Below, in pieces: positions 8,483 to 18,539 of a stretch of DNA of 64,000 bases (position 1 is the first letter of the stretch; every line of letters begins with the position of its first letter). The DNA comes from an uncultured Lachnospiraceae bacterium. Its GTDB lineage: Bacteria > Bacillota > Clostridia > Lachnospirales > Lachnospiraceae. The position numbers and the translations under genes are program-made. Where the stretch lies: contig CACXFV010000003.1 of NCBI GenBank assembly GCA_902767015.1, forward strand, positions 873 to 64,872. The letters run 5' to 3'. The notes under the pieces are model-generated. The model was given only the letters and a program-made list of their open reading frames with translations, did not search any database and was not told the DNA's origin.

Positions 8483-8881
8483 TTAATTATCCAAAAACCT
8501 CATCTTCGGATTCGTCTTCCTGTCTCTTTTAATCTCCACCTGTGGCTTCTGGTAGGCATTATCTAATTTGTTCACCATCTTCTTACGACAATTATCACAG
8601 AACTTTCCTGTTGTAATCGGCTTTCCGCAATTCTCACAGCATATCTCTCCTGTGGCAGCAGAGAACTGAAGCCTCTCCTCTCTAATCCAGTCCTTAATCT
8701 GCTTAACCGGCACTGACAACTCCTCTGATACCTCTGCAATACTGGCATCCTTATGCTCCCGCACATATTCCTTTACCTCCGCAAACTTCTCCTCCAAATC
8801 CTTCTTGCAGTTGGAACATATCTGCCTGCCACTTATATAATTAAACATCTTACCACACATTCTACAATTTCTTGCGTCCAT
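8483..8881 (-). CDS. Flagellar operon protein of the YvyF (TIGR03826) type
   Basis: NCRMCGKMF...CSNC...WIREERLQF...CENCG...CDNC; usual position between comF and flgM. Confidence 0.85.
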   Translation of the reverse strand: MDARNCRMCGKMFNYISGRQICSNCKKDLEEKFAEVKEYVREHKDASIAEVSEELSVPVKQIKDWIREERLQFSAATGEICCENCGKPITTGKFCDNCRKKMVNKLDNAYQKPQVEIKRDRKTNPKMRFLDN

Positions 8882-8913
8882 AATTCAATCCTCCATTTAA
8901 TTGTATTTTACTT

Positions 8914-9618
8914 TCAGTAGCCACTTCCTATGCCCAAACTGATATAGTATACCCTGTCTGCTCCTGCCTGTTTAAGAACGCCTGCACAGGCATCAATGGT
9001 ACTTCCGGTCGTGTATATATCATCGACTAATATGATTCTCTTTAATTCTACTACATTTTTGCTGACAATAAAAGCCTTTTCAAGATTTTTCTTTCGCAAT
9101 GTGTCATCCAGTTCTTTTTGCGGTCTTGTATTGATTACCCTTTTAAGAACATGTTTCCTGACCGGTATCCCCAGCTTTCTGCCGAGTCCTACGGCAATGG
9201 TATCTGCCTGATTAAAGCCTCTGGTAATTTTCTTTTTATGATGAAGCGGCACCGGCACCAGCATATCCGCCTTCCATGAGGTTATTTCTTTTTTATATCT
9301 TTTCACGAGCTCATCCGTATAAAAATCCACATACTCCCGCTTATTATGGTATTTAACAGCATATATGGACTTTTTACCTGCCCCCTTGTTTTGAAGAAGT
9401 GCAATTCCTTTTTCATATGCATGATTTTTCTTTCCACAGTCAAAGCAATATTCTTCCTCCTGCTTTAGTATCTGCTTCCCACATTTTTTACAACATGGCT
9501 CCCTCACATACTCTAACTGATGATAGCAGGAGGCACATATCTTATCTCCCCCGAACCTGAGTATCCTGTCACATACAGGACATCTCACCGGGTATATAAT
9601 TCCCAGTAAATCAATCAA
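8914..9618 (-). CDS. comF: ComF family double-zinc-ribbon / phosphoribosyltransferase-like protein
   Basis: CPVC/CASC/CKKC/CFDC zinc motifs, RGFNQA, and the IILVDDIYTTGSTI PRTase motif. Confidence 0.92.
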   Translation of the reverse strand: MIDLLGIIYPVRCPVCDRILRFGGDKICASCYHQLEYVREPCCKKCGKQILKQEEEYCFDCGKKNHAYEKGIALLQNKGAGKKSIYAVKYHNKREYVDFYTDELVKRYKKEITSWKADMLVPVPLHHKKKITRGFNQADTIAVGLGRKLGIPVRKHVLKRVINTRPQKELDDTLRKKNLEKAFIVSKNVVELKRIILVDDIYTTGSTIDACAGVLKQAGADRVYYISLGIGSGY

Positions 9619-9621
9619 TAC

Positions 9622-11832
9622 TCATACCACCTCCCTTAGCTCACATATCCGTTCCTTCAGTCCCGAATATCTTTCCTGTTCTTTGTCATTGGCCGCCATA
9701 TCTTTAAAGACGCCGGCAATTCCCACCAGACAAACACATTTTTTTGCTCTCGTAACAGCAGTATAGAGAAGATTTCTGTTCATCAGCATTCTCGGTCCAT
9801 TATAAAGAGGCAGTACTATGGCAGGATACTCGCTTCCCTGTGATTTGTGAATGGTAATGGCATATGCTAACTCCAGTTCATCTAACTGTTTGAAAGTGTA
9901 CACCACATATTTATTCTCTTCAAATTCCACCTCCATATATTCTGTGTGAGGGTTAATGGTCTTAATTACCCCCACATCACCATTAAACACGCCCATACCT
10001 TTATCGATAACCACACCATACTTGCCACGTATCTCCCACTCCATCTGATAATCATTTTTTATCTGCATTACTTTGTCACCCTCTCTGAAGATACCGGAAG
10101 GTGTCTCTTTTTCCGTCTTGCCTTCCCCGGCAGGATTTAAAAAATTCTGCAGCACCTGATTCAGCCTTTCCACCCCTAAAAGTCCTTTTCTCATAGGTGT
10201 AAGCACCTGAATGTCATTTCTGTCCGCCTCTACATAAGGTGGCAGTTTTTCTTTAATCAGCGTCAGGGTTGCTGCGATAATGGCATCCGCTGTATCTCTC
10301 CTGATATACAAAAAATCTCTGCTTCTTCTTACCAGATCCACTTCTTCACCGCGATTAATCTTGTGTGCATTAATGACAATATCGCTGGTTGCCGCCTGCC
10401 GGAATATCTTCTCCAGCTGCACAACATTAAAGCATTCACTGTGGATGATGTCTTTGAGAACATTTCCGGGACCTACTGATGGGAGCTGATTAATATCCCC
10501 CACAAGAATCAGTCTGGTTCCTGTCATAATCGCCTTCAATAACGCATTCATCAAAAATATATCCACCATTGACATTTCGTCTATGATTATCACATCTGCC
10601 TCTAACGGATTCTGTTCATTCCTCTCAAACTGCATTGCTTTATTGTCATTTTCAGGATTCCCATTCAGCTCCAGCATTCTGTGAATAGTCTGTGCCTCCA
10701 TTCCGGTGGCTTCCTTCATTCGTTTGGCCGCTCTTCCGGTAGGCGCTGCCAATCTGATTTCCATGTCCTCGCTCTCAAAATAACGGATAATGGTCCTAAT
10801 GGTTGTCGTCTTTCCCGTCCCCGGTCCGCCTGTAATGATGACTAGTCCGCATTTTACCGACTCTATCACTGCCCTCTCCTGCATGGTTTCAAGAAGGATT
10901 CCCTCCTGCTCTTCTACCTTTCCAAGCTTTTCCACAATCTTTTTTTCGTCTGCCTCTGACTTTACATTCAAATCAATAAGATGTCTGGCAATAGATAATT
11001 CTGTATAGTAAAAATTAGCCGCATAAATCTTATCATCCTTGATAATAATTTTTTTGCTCACGGACATATTGGTAAGATGTCTATCCAAATCGAGCTCTCC
11101 GAGATTCAGCAGTTCCTGCGCCTTTTGGGCCAATTGCTGCCGCGGAATATACACATTCCCACTGACGGCAGACTGCTGCAGGGCATAAAGGATGCCACTC
11201 TCTATCCTGAAATCCGAGTCTGCACTGATTCCCACATGAGAGGCAATCTCATCCGCCATTTTAAACCCTATGCCATCAATATCATCCGCCATTCTATAGG
11301 GATTGACCTTAATCACCTCATAGATGCCCGGCCCGTAATACTGGTAGATTTTTACCGACAATGTCATGGATATTCCATACTGTGAAAGAAAAATCATGGC
11401 TTTTCTCATGTCCTTCTTCTCTTCCATCTGCTCGGATATCTCCATGGCTTTTTTCAGACTGATGCCTTTAATCTCCGCAAGTCTCTCCGGCTCCTCCTCC
11501 ATGATTCTGAAAGTATCCTTTTTAAATTTATTCACAATCTTTGTGGCGGTAGAATTTTTAATTCCCTTAATAGCCCCGGAACCAAGATATCGTATCATGG
11601 AGATTTCATCCTCCGGCGGTACAATCTCATACTCACTGATCTTCATCTGTATTCCATAAGTCGGATGATTCGTATACTCTCCCCTGACCTCAATAAATTC
11701 TCCTTCACTGATATACGGAAAGATTCCGACACAGGGCATGTCCTCTCCATCTGCATTGACAGACATGACAGTATATCCGTTTTCACTATTTCTAAATACA
11801 ATCTTCTCCACATATCCTTTTAATGTATCCAT
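9622..11832 (-). CDS. recD2: ATP-dependent RecD2 (RecD-like) DNA helicase
   Basis: N-terminal OB/HhH region, Walker A GGPGTGKTT, VIIIDEMSMVD, AYAITIHKSQGSE, LLYTAVTRAK. Start set at the ATG at 11832. Confidence 0.93.
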   Translation of the reverse strand: MDTLKGYVEKIVFRNSENGYTVMSVNADGEDMPCVGIFPYISEGEFIEVRGEYTNHPTYGIQMKISEYEIVPPEDEISMIRYLGSGAIKGIKNSTATKIVNKFKKDTFRIMEEEPERLAEIKGISLKKAMEISEQMEEKKDMRKAMIFLSQYGISMTLSVKIYQYYGPGIYEVIKVNPYRMADDIDGIGFKMADEIASHVGISADSDFRIESGILYALQQSAVSGNVYIPRQQLAQKAQELLNLGELDLDRHLTNMSVSKKIIIKDDKIYAANFYYTELSIARHLIDLNVKSEADEKKIVEKLGKVEEQEGILLETMQERAVIESVKCGLVIITGGPGTGKTTTIRTIIRYFESEDMEIRLAAPTGRAAKRMKEATGMEAQTIHRMLELNGNPENDNKAMQFERNEQNPLEADVIIIDEMSMVDIFLMNALLKAIMTGTRLILVGDINQLPSVGPGNVLKDIIHSECFNVVQLEKIFRQAATSDIVINAHKINRGEEVDLVRRSRDFLYIRRDTADAIIAATLTLIKEKLPPYVEADRNDIQVLTPMRKGLLGVERLNQVLQNFLNPAGEGKTEKETPSGIFREGDKVMQIKNDYQMEWEIRGKYGVVIDKGMGVFNGDVGVIKTINPHTEYMEVEFEENKYVVYTFKQLDELELAYAITIHKSQGSEYPAIVLPLYNGPRMLMNRNLLYTAVTRAKKCVCLVGIAGVFKDMAANDKEQERYSGLKERICELREVV

Positions 11833-11951
11833 CAGTAAAATTCCTCTATAAATCAAAAATATTTCGCCATGCAAAAGGCTGGTAATTTACCCGGTCTGTT
11901 ATCGTACACTACCAACCGTCTGCATGTCGAAATCTATTGTTGTGTCTTATA

Positions 11952-12302
11952 TTATATATGATATTGTCTTTTCATCGATTCATATAGTGTCTTCGCAAGT
12001 CCGATGCTCTGTGTCTGTGTCGTATCGCTTGCAAGCTGCTGAATCGCACTCTCTTTAAAATAATCCGTCAGTCTTGATGTAGAGGAATCCTCCTCACTCT
12101 TTGGAATCATGTTCTCCATACCTTTAAACACCTGTTCCAGAAAGTAAGCTTCAAATTCCTTACAAACCTCCATCAGCTCTTCATCTGTTGCGCTGCTGTA
12201 GTCCTCAGACGATATCCGGTCCTTAAGCCTGGTTGATGAGGCTGCATTAGAATGATACACATCCGAAAGACTATTTAAGTAATTATCTATTGACATATCC
12301 AT
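11952..12302 (-). CDS. FlgJ N-terminal-like rod-binding protein (no muramidase domain)
   Basis: ELMEVCKEFEAYFLEQVFKGM...IGLAKTLYESM matches the rod-binding domain pattern; follows flgG. Confidence 0.8.
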   Translation of the reverse strand: MDMSIDNYLNSLSDVYHSNAASSTRLKDRISSEDYSSATDEELMEVCKEFEAYFLEQVFKGMENMIPKSEEDSSTSRLTDYFKESAIQQLASDTTQTQSIGLAKTLYESMKRQYHI

Positions 12303-12356
12303 ATTCTACACCTCCGCATACCGCAGGTTCAATTTGCAGTACTGCTTTCACTGCTC

Positions 12357-13175
12357 CTATCCACGCTTAAGCTGATTTGCCTGTGACATCATCTCATCTG
12401 AAGTCGTAATGGCTCTGGCATTCATCTCATAGGCACGCTGTGCCACAATCAGACTGACCATCTCATCCATAATCTGGACATTAGACATTTCAACATAGCC
12501 CTGCTTTAAATTACTCTGCTTTACCACACCGTCCGCTTCATACTGCGGCTCACCCGAAGCACCTGTCACTTGATAAAGAGAATCTCCTACTTTCTCCAAT
12601 CCTGACGGATTGGCAAATTGAACAACACCAAGCTGTATTCCCAACATCTGCGCATTATTCGTTTCATCAGGATAGCAAACATTACCTCTGGCATCAATCT
12701 GCAGCTTTGACACGTCGTATTCATCCGTATCAAACTCAATCTCATTGCCGTCCGTATCCAACACAGCAAGACCTTGCGAATTAGATAGTCTTACGCCTCC
12801 TGAACTAATCGCCCAGAGGAAGGAGCCGTTCCTGGTGTATTTGTCCTCTCCATCAATATCTCTGATGACAAAAAAGCCCTCACCTTCAATGGCAAAATCG
12901 GTATCAATCTCTGTATGCTGCATATTACCCTGTGTAAATACGGAAGTAATCGAGGTATTCTTTACTCCTAAACCTACCTGTGCCCCCACCGGCTTTGTCT
13001 CTCCATTGGCACTGGTGGTCTTCGCCTGTATCGTCTGATATAAAAGAGACTTAAATTCAGCCGTCTCCTTCTTATAGCCGATTGTATTGATATTCGCCAA
13101 ATTATGGGAAATCGTATCTACATTTGTCTGCTGCGCCCTCATTCCGCTGGCAGCAGTCCAAAGGGATCTCATCAT
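12357..13175 (-). CDS. flgG: Flagellar basal-body rod protein FlgG
   Basis: MMRSLWTAASGMRAQQTNVDTISHNLANINTIGYKK; YTRNGSF; C-terminal EMSNV...AQRAYEMN. Confidence 0.92.
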   Translation of the reverse strand: MMRSLWTAASGMRAQQTNVDTISHNLANINTIGYKKETAEFKSLLYQTIQAKTTSANGETKPVGAQVGLGVKNTSITSVFTQGNMQHTEIDTDFAIEGEGFFVIRDIDGEDKYTRNGSFLWAISSGGVRLSNSQGLAVLDTDGNEIEFDTDEYDVSKLQIDARGNVCYPDETNNAQMLGIQLGVVQFANPSGLEKVGDSLYQVTGASGEPQYEADGVVKQSNLKQGYVEMSNVQIMDEMVSLIVAQRAYEMNARAITTSDEMMSQANQLKRG

Positions 13176-13225
13176 AAACCTTCATCCTTTCTAAACTATA
13201 ACTATCTGCCGTCATCAGTATTCAC

Positions 13226-14008
13226 TTAAGAAAGTCTTCCGACGTTATTCACTGATTTATCCAGCATACTGTCGATTGTCTGCTCTACCTTCTGGTTTGC
13301 CTCAAAGGCTCTCGCTATCTCTATCATATCTACCATCTCATTCACTACATTGACATTGGACATCTCAAGATAACCCTGAGCCACTCTGCCATCAAAACTA
13401 ATCTCCTCTGCGCCATCCAATGCAACGTAGTAATTTTCTCCGGTATCCTTGCTCAGATAGTTATAATCCTCAAAATCAACAATGCCAAGGGTGTCAACAT
13501 ATGCTTCATCCGCATAGATATTCCCCAACTGGTCAATGTGTATACTGAGTGCCTCCGGATCTATCTCAATCTGCTCTCCCGACTCATTCAGAACATAATC
13601 CCCATCCTTTGTTCTTAAAATGCCGTCTACATCTGTCGTAAAACTGCCGTCCCTGGTATATTTTATAATCTCTTCGCCCTTCTTATTGGTGAATGATATA
13701 GAGAAAAATCCTTTTCCCTCTAAAGCCAGATCATATGTATTCTCTGTTTCGCGGAGCGAACCCTGTGAATAGTCTACATATGTTTCTCCTATCTTGACAC
13801 CCAGACTCATCTTGCCTATTCTCTGGTTCAGATAACCAACGGAGTTATCCTTGACTTTGACTGCCAAAACATCATCAAAGGCACGTCCCGTCGCACCTTC
13901 CCGCTTATAGCCGGCCGTAGAAACATTGGCAAAGTTGTTCGTAATCGTGTCAAGCCTATACTGCTGGTTCAGTAACCCTGTATAGGATGTATAAAGCCCT
14001 CTAACCAT
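13226..14008 (-). CDS. Flagellar hook-basal body protein (FlgF/FlhO-like)
   Basis: MVRGLYTSYTGLLNQQYRLDTITNNFANVSTAGYKR; YTRDGSF; QGYLEMSNVNVVNEMV. Confidence 0.88.
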   Translation of the reverse strand: MVRGLYTSYTGLLNQQYRLDTITNNFANVSTAGYKREGATGRAFDDVLAVKVKDNSVGYLNQRIGKMSLGVKIGETYVDYSQGSLRETENTYDLALEGKGFFSISFTNKKGEEIIKYTRDGSFTTDVDGILRTKDGDYVLNESGEQIEIDPEALSIHIDQLGNIYADEAYVDTLGIVDFEDYNYLSKDTGENYYVALDGAEEISFDGRVAQGYLEMSNVNVVNEMVDMIEIARAFEANQKVEQTIDSMLDKSVNNVGRLS

Positions 14009-14145
14009 TCTCTTTTTGCTTTTCTCCTTTCTGTTGTCAGCGAATTCCGCTTAACGCACCAATATTCTCCCATCTCATCGCAGCATGTCTCGCTATCCGT
14101 TTTCCTTGCAAAACATAACCGCAACCGGATTGAACTCTATTAGTT

Positions 14146-14173
14146 ATATCGTACAAAATCATCAATAACTAAA
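14146..14173 (-). promoter_or_regulatory. Probable sigma-28 promoter for the rod genes
   Basis: Minus strand TTTA-N16-TACGATAT; degenerate but correctly spaced. Confidence 0.5.
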
Positions 14174-14246
14174 CCCTGCACACTAAAAAATGTAACAGTT
14201 CAGCCGACTGCCGCCACAAAATATCCTTCATTTCACGAAGCCACTG

Positions 14247-15239
14247 TTACTCTGCCGTTCCGTCGCTCAAAAATTCTATAAACTTACCTGTTCCAATAGC
14301 AACCGCTGTCATCGGATCTTCTGCTGTCATCGTATTGATGCCGGTCTTCTCCTCGATTAATTCCTCTAATCCCTGCAGAAGGCATCCTCCTCCCGTAAGC
14401 ACAATTCCTCTATCTGCAATATCTGCCGAAAGCTCCGGCGGAGTCTGTTCCAATACGCTGTGCACTGCTTCTACAATCTGCGAGGTTGTCTCCTTCAATG
14501 CCTCCTCTGTCTCATCAGAGGTTACGGTAATGGTCTTAGGAAGACCTGTCACAAGATTCCTTCCGCGTACATCCAAGGTAACAACCTCCGGACGCTTATA
14601 CGCCGAACCAATCTTAATCTTAATCTCCTCCGCTGTTCTCTCACCAATCAGAAGATTGTGCTTCTTTCTCATATATCTGACAATTGCCTCATCAAAATCA
14701 TCACCGGCAATCTTTACCGAAGTGCTGACAACAGTTCCTCCTAATGAGATAACGGCGATATCCGTCGTACCACCACCGATATCTACAATCATATTGCCAC
14801 ATGGTCTTGTAATATCAATTCCTGCACCAATCGCTGCCGCTATCGGTTCCTCGATGATAGCCACTTCTCTTGCACCTGCCTGCAGCGTAGCATCTTCTAC
14901 CGCTTTCTTCTCTACCTCCGTCACGCCGCTTGGTACACAGACACTGATTCTCGGTTTCTTAAAAGTTCTCTTGCCAATCGCCTTCTGTATAAAATGCTTC
15001 AACATCTTCTCCGTTACCGTATAATCAGAAATCACGCCCTGTCTCAGCGGTCTGACTGCCACAATATTTCCCGGTGTTCTTCCTATCATAAGGCGCGCCT
15101 CCTCGCCAATCGCCTTAATCTTGTTGGTGTCTCTGTCAAATGCCACTACTGACGGCTCCTTTAATACCACACCCTTGCCTTTTATATATACTAAAATACT
15201 AGCTGTTCCCAAGTCAATTCCAATATCTGTACCTAACAT
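14247..15239 (-). CDS. mbl: MreB-like rod shape protein Mbl
   Basis: MLGTDIGIDLGTAS...VDIGGGTTD...LTGGG; follows spoIIID as in other Firmicutes. Start set at 15239. Confidence 0.93.
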   Translation of the reverse strand: MLGTDIGIDLGTASILVYIKGKGVVLKEPSVVAFDRDTNKIKAIGEEARLMIGRTPGNIVAVRPLRQGVISDYTVTEKMLKHFIQKAIGKRTFKKPRISVCVPSGVTEVEKKAVEDATLQAGAREVAIIEEPIAAAIGAGIDITRPCGNMIVDIGGGTTDIAVISLGGTVVSTSVKIAGDDFDEAIVRYMRKKHNLLIGERTAEEIKIKIGSAYKRPEVVTLDVRGRNLVTGLPKTITVTSDETEEALKETTSQIVEAVHSVLEQTPPELSADIADRGIVLTGGGCLLQGLEELIEEKTGINTMTAEDPMTAVAIGTGKFIEFLSDGTAE

Positions 15240-15587
15240 TCCTTTCTCCTTTCCAAACACATACGTTCTGTCAAATCTATCTATCTCAATTGTCATATAA
15301 TACTGTCCTGTGCAAAGCCGTCACACTTCCGTTTACTACTACCGGCATGATGCATAAAGGCATTGCTTTTCTCATTATATACAATAACTTAAAAATATGG
15401 AAGAACTTTTTTTAGAAATTTAAAGAATTTTACATCTATTTTACAGAATTAATTTTTTTTTTATTTTGAGGACAAATTTTAGACACATTTAAAAAATATA
15501 ATAAAATCATACTACTGATGAAGTAGTAAAACAACTTAACATTTTCATAACTCAGCCTAGTAACTTTACAGTTGCTAGGCATCCCCC

Positions 15588-15631
15588 AAAAAAAGTAAAT
15601 CAAGGATTGTCTTGGCAGTCCTTGATTTTTT
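15588..15631. terminator. Intrinsic terminator after spoIIID (likely bidirectional)
   Basis: A7...AAATCAAGGATTG-TCTTGG-CAGTCCTTGATTT-TTT. Confidence 0.75.
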
Positions 15632-15647
15632 ATTATGCAAAACGGTC

Positions 15648-15902
15648 TCATGCATTTTTATGAAGATACTTCTCTCTTGTGGCGAGACCGCCTCTTATGT
15701 GGCGTTCAGATTTGTTAATGTCAAGCACCTTTCTTGCGTCATTGGCAAGCGTAGGATTGATATGACACAAACGTTCTGTCACATCCTTATGTACTGTACT
15801 TTTGCTGATTCCAAACTGTCTGGCTGTCTGTCTGACGGTTGCTTTATTTTCAATGATATAATTCGCCAGTTCAACAGCCCTTTCTTCTATATATCCTTTC
15901 AT
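15648..15902 (-). CDS. spoIIID: Sporulation transcriptional regulator SpoIIID
   Basis: MKGYIEERAVELANYIIENKATVRQTARQFGISKSTVHKDVTERL...ERHIRGGLATREKY. Confidence 0.96.
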   Translation of the reverse strand: MKGYIEERAVELANYIIENKATVRQTARQFGISKSTVHKDVTERLCHINPTLANDARKVLDINKSERHIRGGLATREKYLHKNA

Positions 15903-15931
15903 TTGCATATCCTGTATAGAGTTATTTATAC

Positions 15932-15960
15932 AAGATATGCAGCTTTTAAAAATATATGAC
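15932..15960 (-). promoter_or_regulatory. Possible sigma-E promoter of spoIIID
   Basis: Minus strand GTCATATA-N13-CATATCTT resembles the SigE consensus; spoIIID is SigE-dependent in B. subtilis. Confidence 0.4.
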
Positions 15961-15985
15961 AGTTATTCTGAAACAACAATGATTA

Positions 15986-16606
15986 TCAGAGTTCCTTCGC
16001 CTCCTGCGTGAGTGCTTCCATGTCCTTCAGATAATCTCCCAGTCTCTTTCTGATATACACTACGTTGACCATATCCATCATTCCAATGAGAATCAGGAAC
16101 AGTCCCACTATCCGTAATACCATCTTTGCCGTACCAAAGGAGTGTAATAAGAATACGGCGCCAATCAGAATGGTCACAACGGAAATCAATGCAAGATATG
16201 CCCAGCCCTTCGCTTTCATCTTCATGGCATTCAATGCCGATTGAAGCTTCATCACGCCATTAAAGATAATCAACACACCGATAATACGCGACATGATTTC
16301 CATGATGGTCTTATACCCTACGATAAAAAACAATCCCAGAATAATCAGCACAATGCCAATAATAAATTTATTCTTCGGAAGATTGTTCTTAACATCTGAT
16401 ACAAAATAAATAATCAGGTTCACCGCACCTATCAGTAATATGACAGAGCCTACGGAAAAACAGAGGGTTTCCATCACACCTTTCGGATTCAGTACCAAAA
16501 GCACTCCCAACAATACAAACAGGGTCCCCATCAGGACATTCTGAAGTGTAGCACCTTTTAATTCTTTCAGACTGTCAGTGCTTTCACTCTTTTTCTTTCC
16601 AAACAT
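15986..16606 (-). CDS. HdeD/DUF308 family membrane protein
   Basis: About six hydrophobic helices with G-rich repeats typical of DUF308. Confidence 0.75.
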   Translation of the reverse strand: MFGKKKSESTDSLKELKGATLQNVLMGTLFVLLGVLLVLNPKGVMETLCFSVGSVILLIGAVNLIIYFVSDVKNNLPKNKFIIGIVLIILGLFFIVGYKTIMEIMSRIIGVLIIFNGVMKLQSALNAMKMKAKGWAYLALISVVTILIGAVFLLHSFGTAKMVLRIVGLFLILIGMMDMVNVVYIRKRLGDYLKDMEALTQEAKEL

Positions 16607-16618
16607 AAATCACCTCAT

Positions 16619-17644
16619 TTATTCTATCACTTTAATCCAGCCTTCCGGTGCTTCTATCCTTCCCATCTGGATACCGGTGAGTGTGTCATACAGCTTTTTG
16701 GTAACAGGTCCCATATCGTCCATACCACTCGGCAGGCAGATCTCATTACCGTGGTCAACAATCTTGCCAACCGGCGAGATAACGGCAGCTGTTCCGCACA
16801 GACCACATTCTGCAAAATCTTTCACTTCTGAAAACAGGACTTCTCTCTCCTCTACCTCCATGCCAAGGTATTCCTTTGCAACATGTACGATGGAGCGCCT
16901 TGTGATAGAAGGAAGGATGCTTCCTGACTTCGGTGTCACAAGCTTATTATCCTTCGTGATAAATATGAAGTTAGCGCCACCCGTCTCTTCTACCTTTGTT
17001 CTTGTACCCGGATCAAGGTACATATTCTCAGCAAATCCCTCCTCATGTGCTGTAACAATTGCATGCAGACTCATGGCATAATTTAATCCTGCTTTGATAT
17101 GTCCTGTTCCATGAGGTGCAGCCCTGTCAAAATCACTGACCTTAATCGTAATCGGCTTTGCACCACCCTTGAAGTATGGTCCAACCGGTGTCGTAAATAC
17201 ACGGAACTGATACTCCTCCGCCGGCTTCACACCAATAACCGGAGAACTTCCAAACATATATGGTCGGATATAAAGAGTTGCCCCTGAACCATAAGGAGGC
17301 ACATATGCCATATTCGCCTTTACCGTCTGTACTACCGCATCCACAAATCTGTCCTCCGGAAATAGCGGCATCTCCAATCTCTGTGTAGAATCCTTCATTC
17401 TGCTTGCATTCAGGTCAGGTCTGAAACATACTACCTGTCCCTTTTCTGTTGTGTAAGCCTTCAAGCCCTCAAAACAGGTCTGCGCATACTGCAATACACC
17501 GGCACATTCGCTGATAACAACCGTATCATCTTCTGTAAGAATACCGTCATCCCACTTGCCGTCCTTATAATTAGACACATATCTCTTATCTGTCTTCACA
17601 TAACCAAAACCAATATTAGCCCAGTCAATATTCTTCTTTTCCAC
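16619..17644 (-). CDS. ilvE: Branched-chain amino acid aminotransferase
   Basis: YAQTCFEGLKAY, LYIRP, HIKAGLNYA, EETGGAN, ILPSITR, CGTAAVISP (fold-type IV PLP enzyme). Confidence 0.94.
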   Translation of the reverse strand: MEKKNIDWANIGFGYVKTDKRYVSNYKDGKWDDGILTEDDTVVISECAGVLQYAQTCFEGLKAYTTEKGQVVCFRPDLNASRMKDSTQRLEMPLFPEDRFVDAVVQTVKANMAYVPPYGSGATLYIRPYMFGSSPVIGVKPAEEYQFRVFTTPVGPYFKGGAKPITIKVSDFDRAAPHGTGHIKAGLNYAMSLHAIVTAHEEGFAENMYLDPGTRTKVEETGGANFIFITKDNKLVTPKSGSILPSITRRSIVHVAKEYLGMEVEEREVLFSEVKDFAECGLCGTAAVISPVGKIVDHGNEICLPSGMDDMGPVTKKLYDTLTGIQMGRIEAPEGWIKVIE

Positions 17645-17747
17645 AATAACAACTTCCTTTCATCTGTCAGCAACATCTTGTCCGATTGCTCTTTCCTTTT
17701 TTCTTTTAGATAGTTTACCCCCGCTTTTTTCTACTGTCAAGTGCAAT

Positions 17748-18407
17748 TTATAAAATCCGTTCCAGCTCTTTTACGCTATCTGCAATCGCATAAGGATGAC
17801 ACGCCTTTAATTCCTCCATTTCACCATAACCGAAGCTGACCAGTACACAACGCATTCCCGTTTCTGCAGCGCCGATGGCATCAAACTTTCTGTCGCCTAC
17901 CATACAAGCCTTGCTCACCTCAAAAGTATTTTTTCGTTCCATGTTCCCTATCTGCTCAATGGCATAACGGATAATATCTGCTTTTTCCACTCTGCTCTCT
18001 GTCATGGTACTTCCTGCGACAAGATAAAAATACTGATACAAATCAAAATGTTTCAGGATTCTTATCGCATACTCCTCCGGCTTTGACGTCGCAAGTATGA
18101 CTTTTACGCCACTCTGACACAGCTTTGCAAGCAGTTTTGGTATTCCGTCATATACCGTGCACTCAAATATTCCAATATCATGATAGTATACCCTGTATTC
18201 CTTAACAGCCTCCAATGCCTGTTCATGGGAAAAATGATAAAATTCCTCAAAGGATTGATATAGGGGCGGCCCGATAAACGGACACAGGGTATCCAGATTC
18301 TCCACCATGATTCCATATTTTTTTAACGCAAATTGTACCGACTTGGTAATTCCCACCTTCGGATCCGTAATCGTACCGTCAAGATCAAATAATACATATT
18401 GAAACAT
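17748..18407 (-). CDS. HAD-IA family hydrolase (phosphatase/nucleotidase-like)
   Basis: FDLDGT, ATSK and MVGDRKFD motifs. Confidence 0.88.
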   Translation of the reverse strand: MFQYVLFDLDGTITDPKVGITKSVQFALKKYGIMVENLDTLCPFIGPPLYQSFEEFYHFSHEQALEAVKEYRVYYHDIGIFECTVYDGIPKLLAKLCQSGVKVILATSKPEEYAIRILKHFDLYQYFYLVAGSTMTESRVEKADIIRYAIEQIGNMERKNTFEVSKACMVGDRKFDAIGAAETGMRCVLVSFGYGEMEELKACHPYAIADSVKELERIL

Positions 18408-18468
18408 AGCCGTCTCCTCTCCCGGTTATAAAATAACAATCGTGACTCAATTACAATTCAACCGTTAC

Positions 18469-18497
18469 AAAAAATGTGCGCAGATGCGCACATTTTT
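18469..18497. terminator. Terminator after buk
   Basis: AAAAAATGTGCGCA-GA-TGCGCACATTTTT. Confidence 0.75.
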
Positions 18498-18539
18498 CAT
18501 TACTGTTTACAGATAGCCTTCACAGCTAAACTATTATGA

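Noticed and set aside
14335-15024. 229-aa antisense ORF over mbl, and similar long antisense ORFs (54349-54999 over ftsH, 2414-2845, 4719-5198, 16578-17081, 19867-20319)
   Set aside because: Shadow frames of conserved genes with Ser/Pro/Thr-rich composition and no RBS or recognisable motifs.
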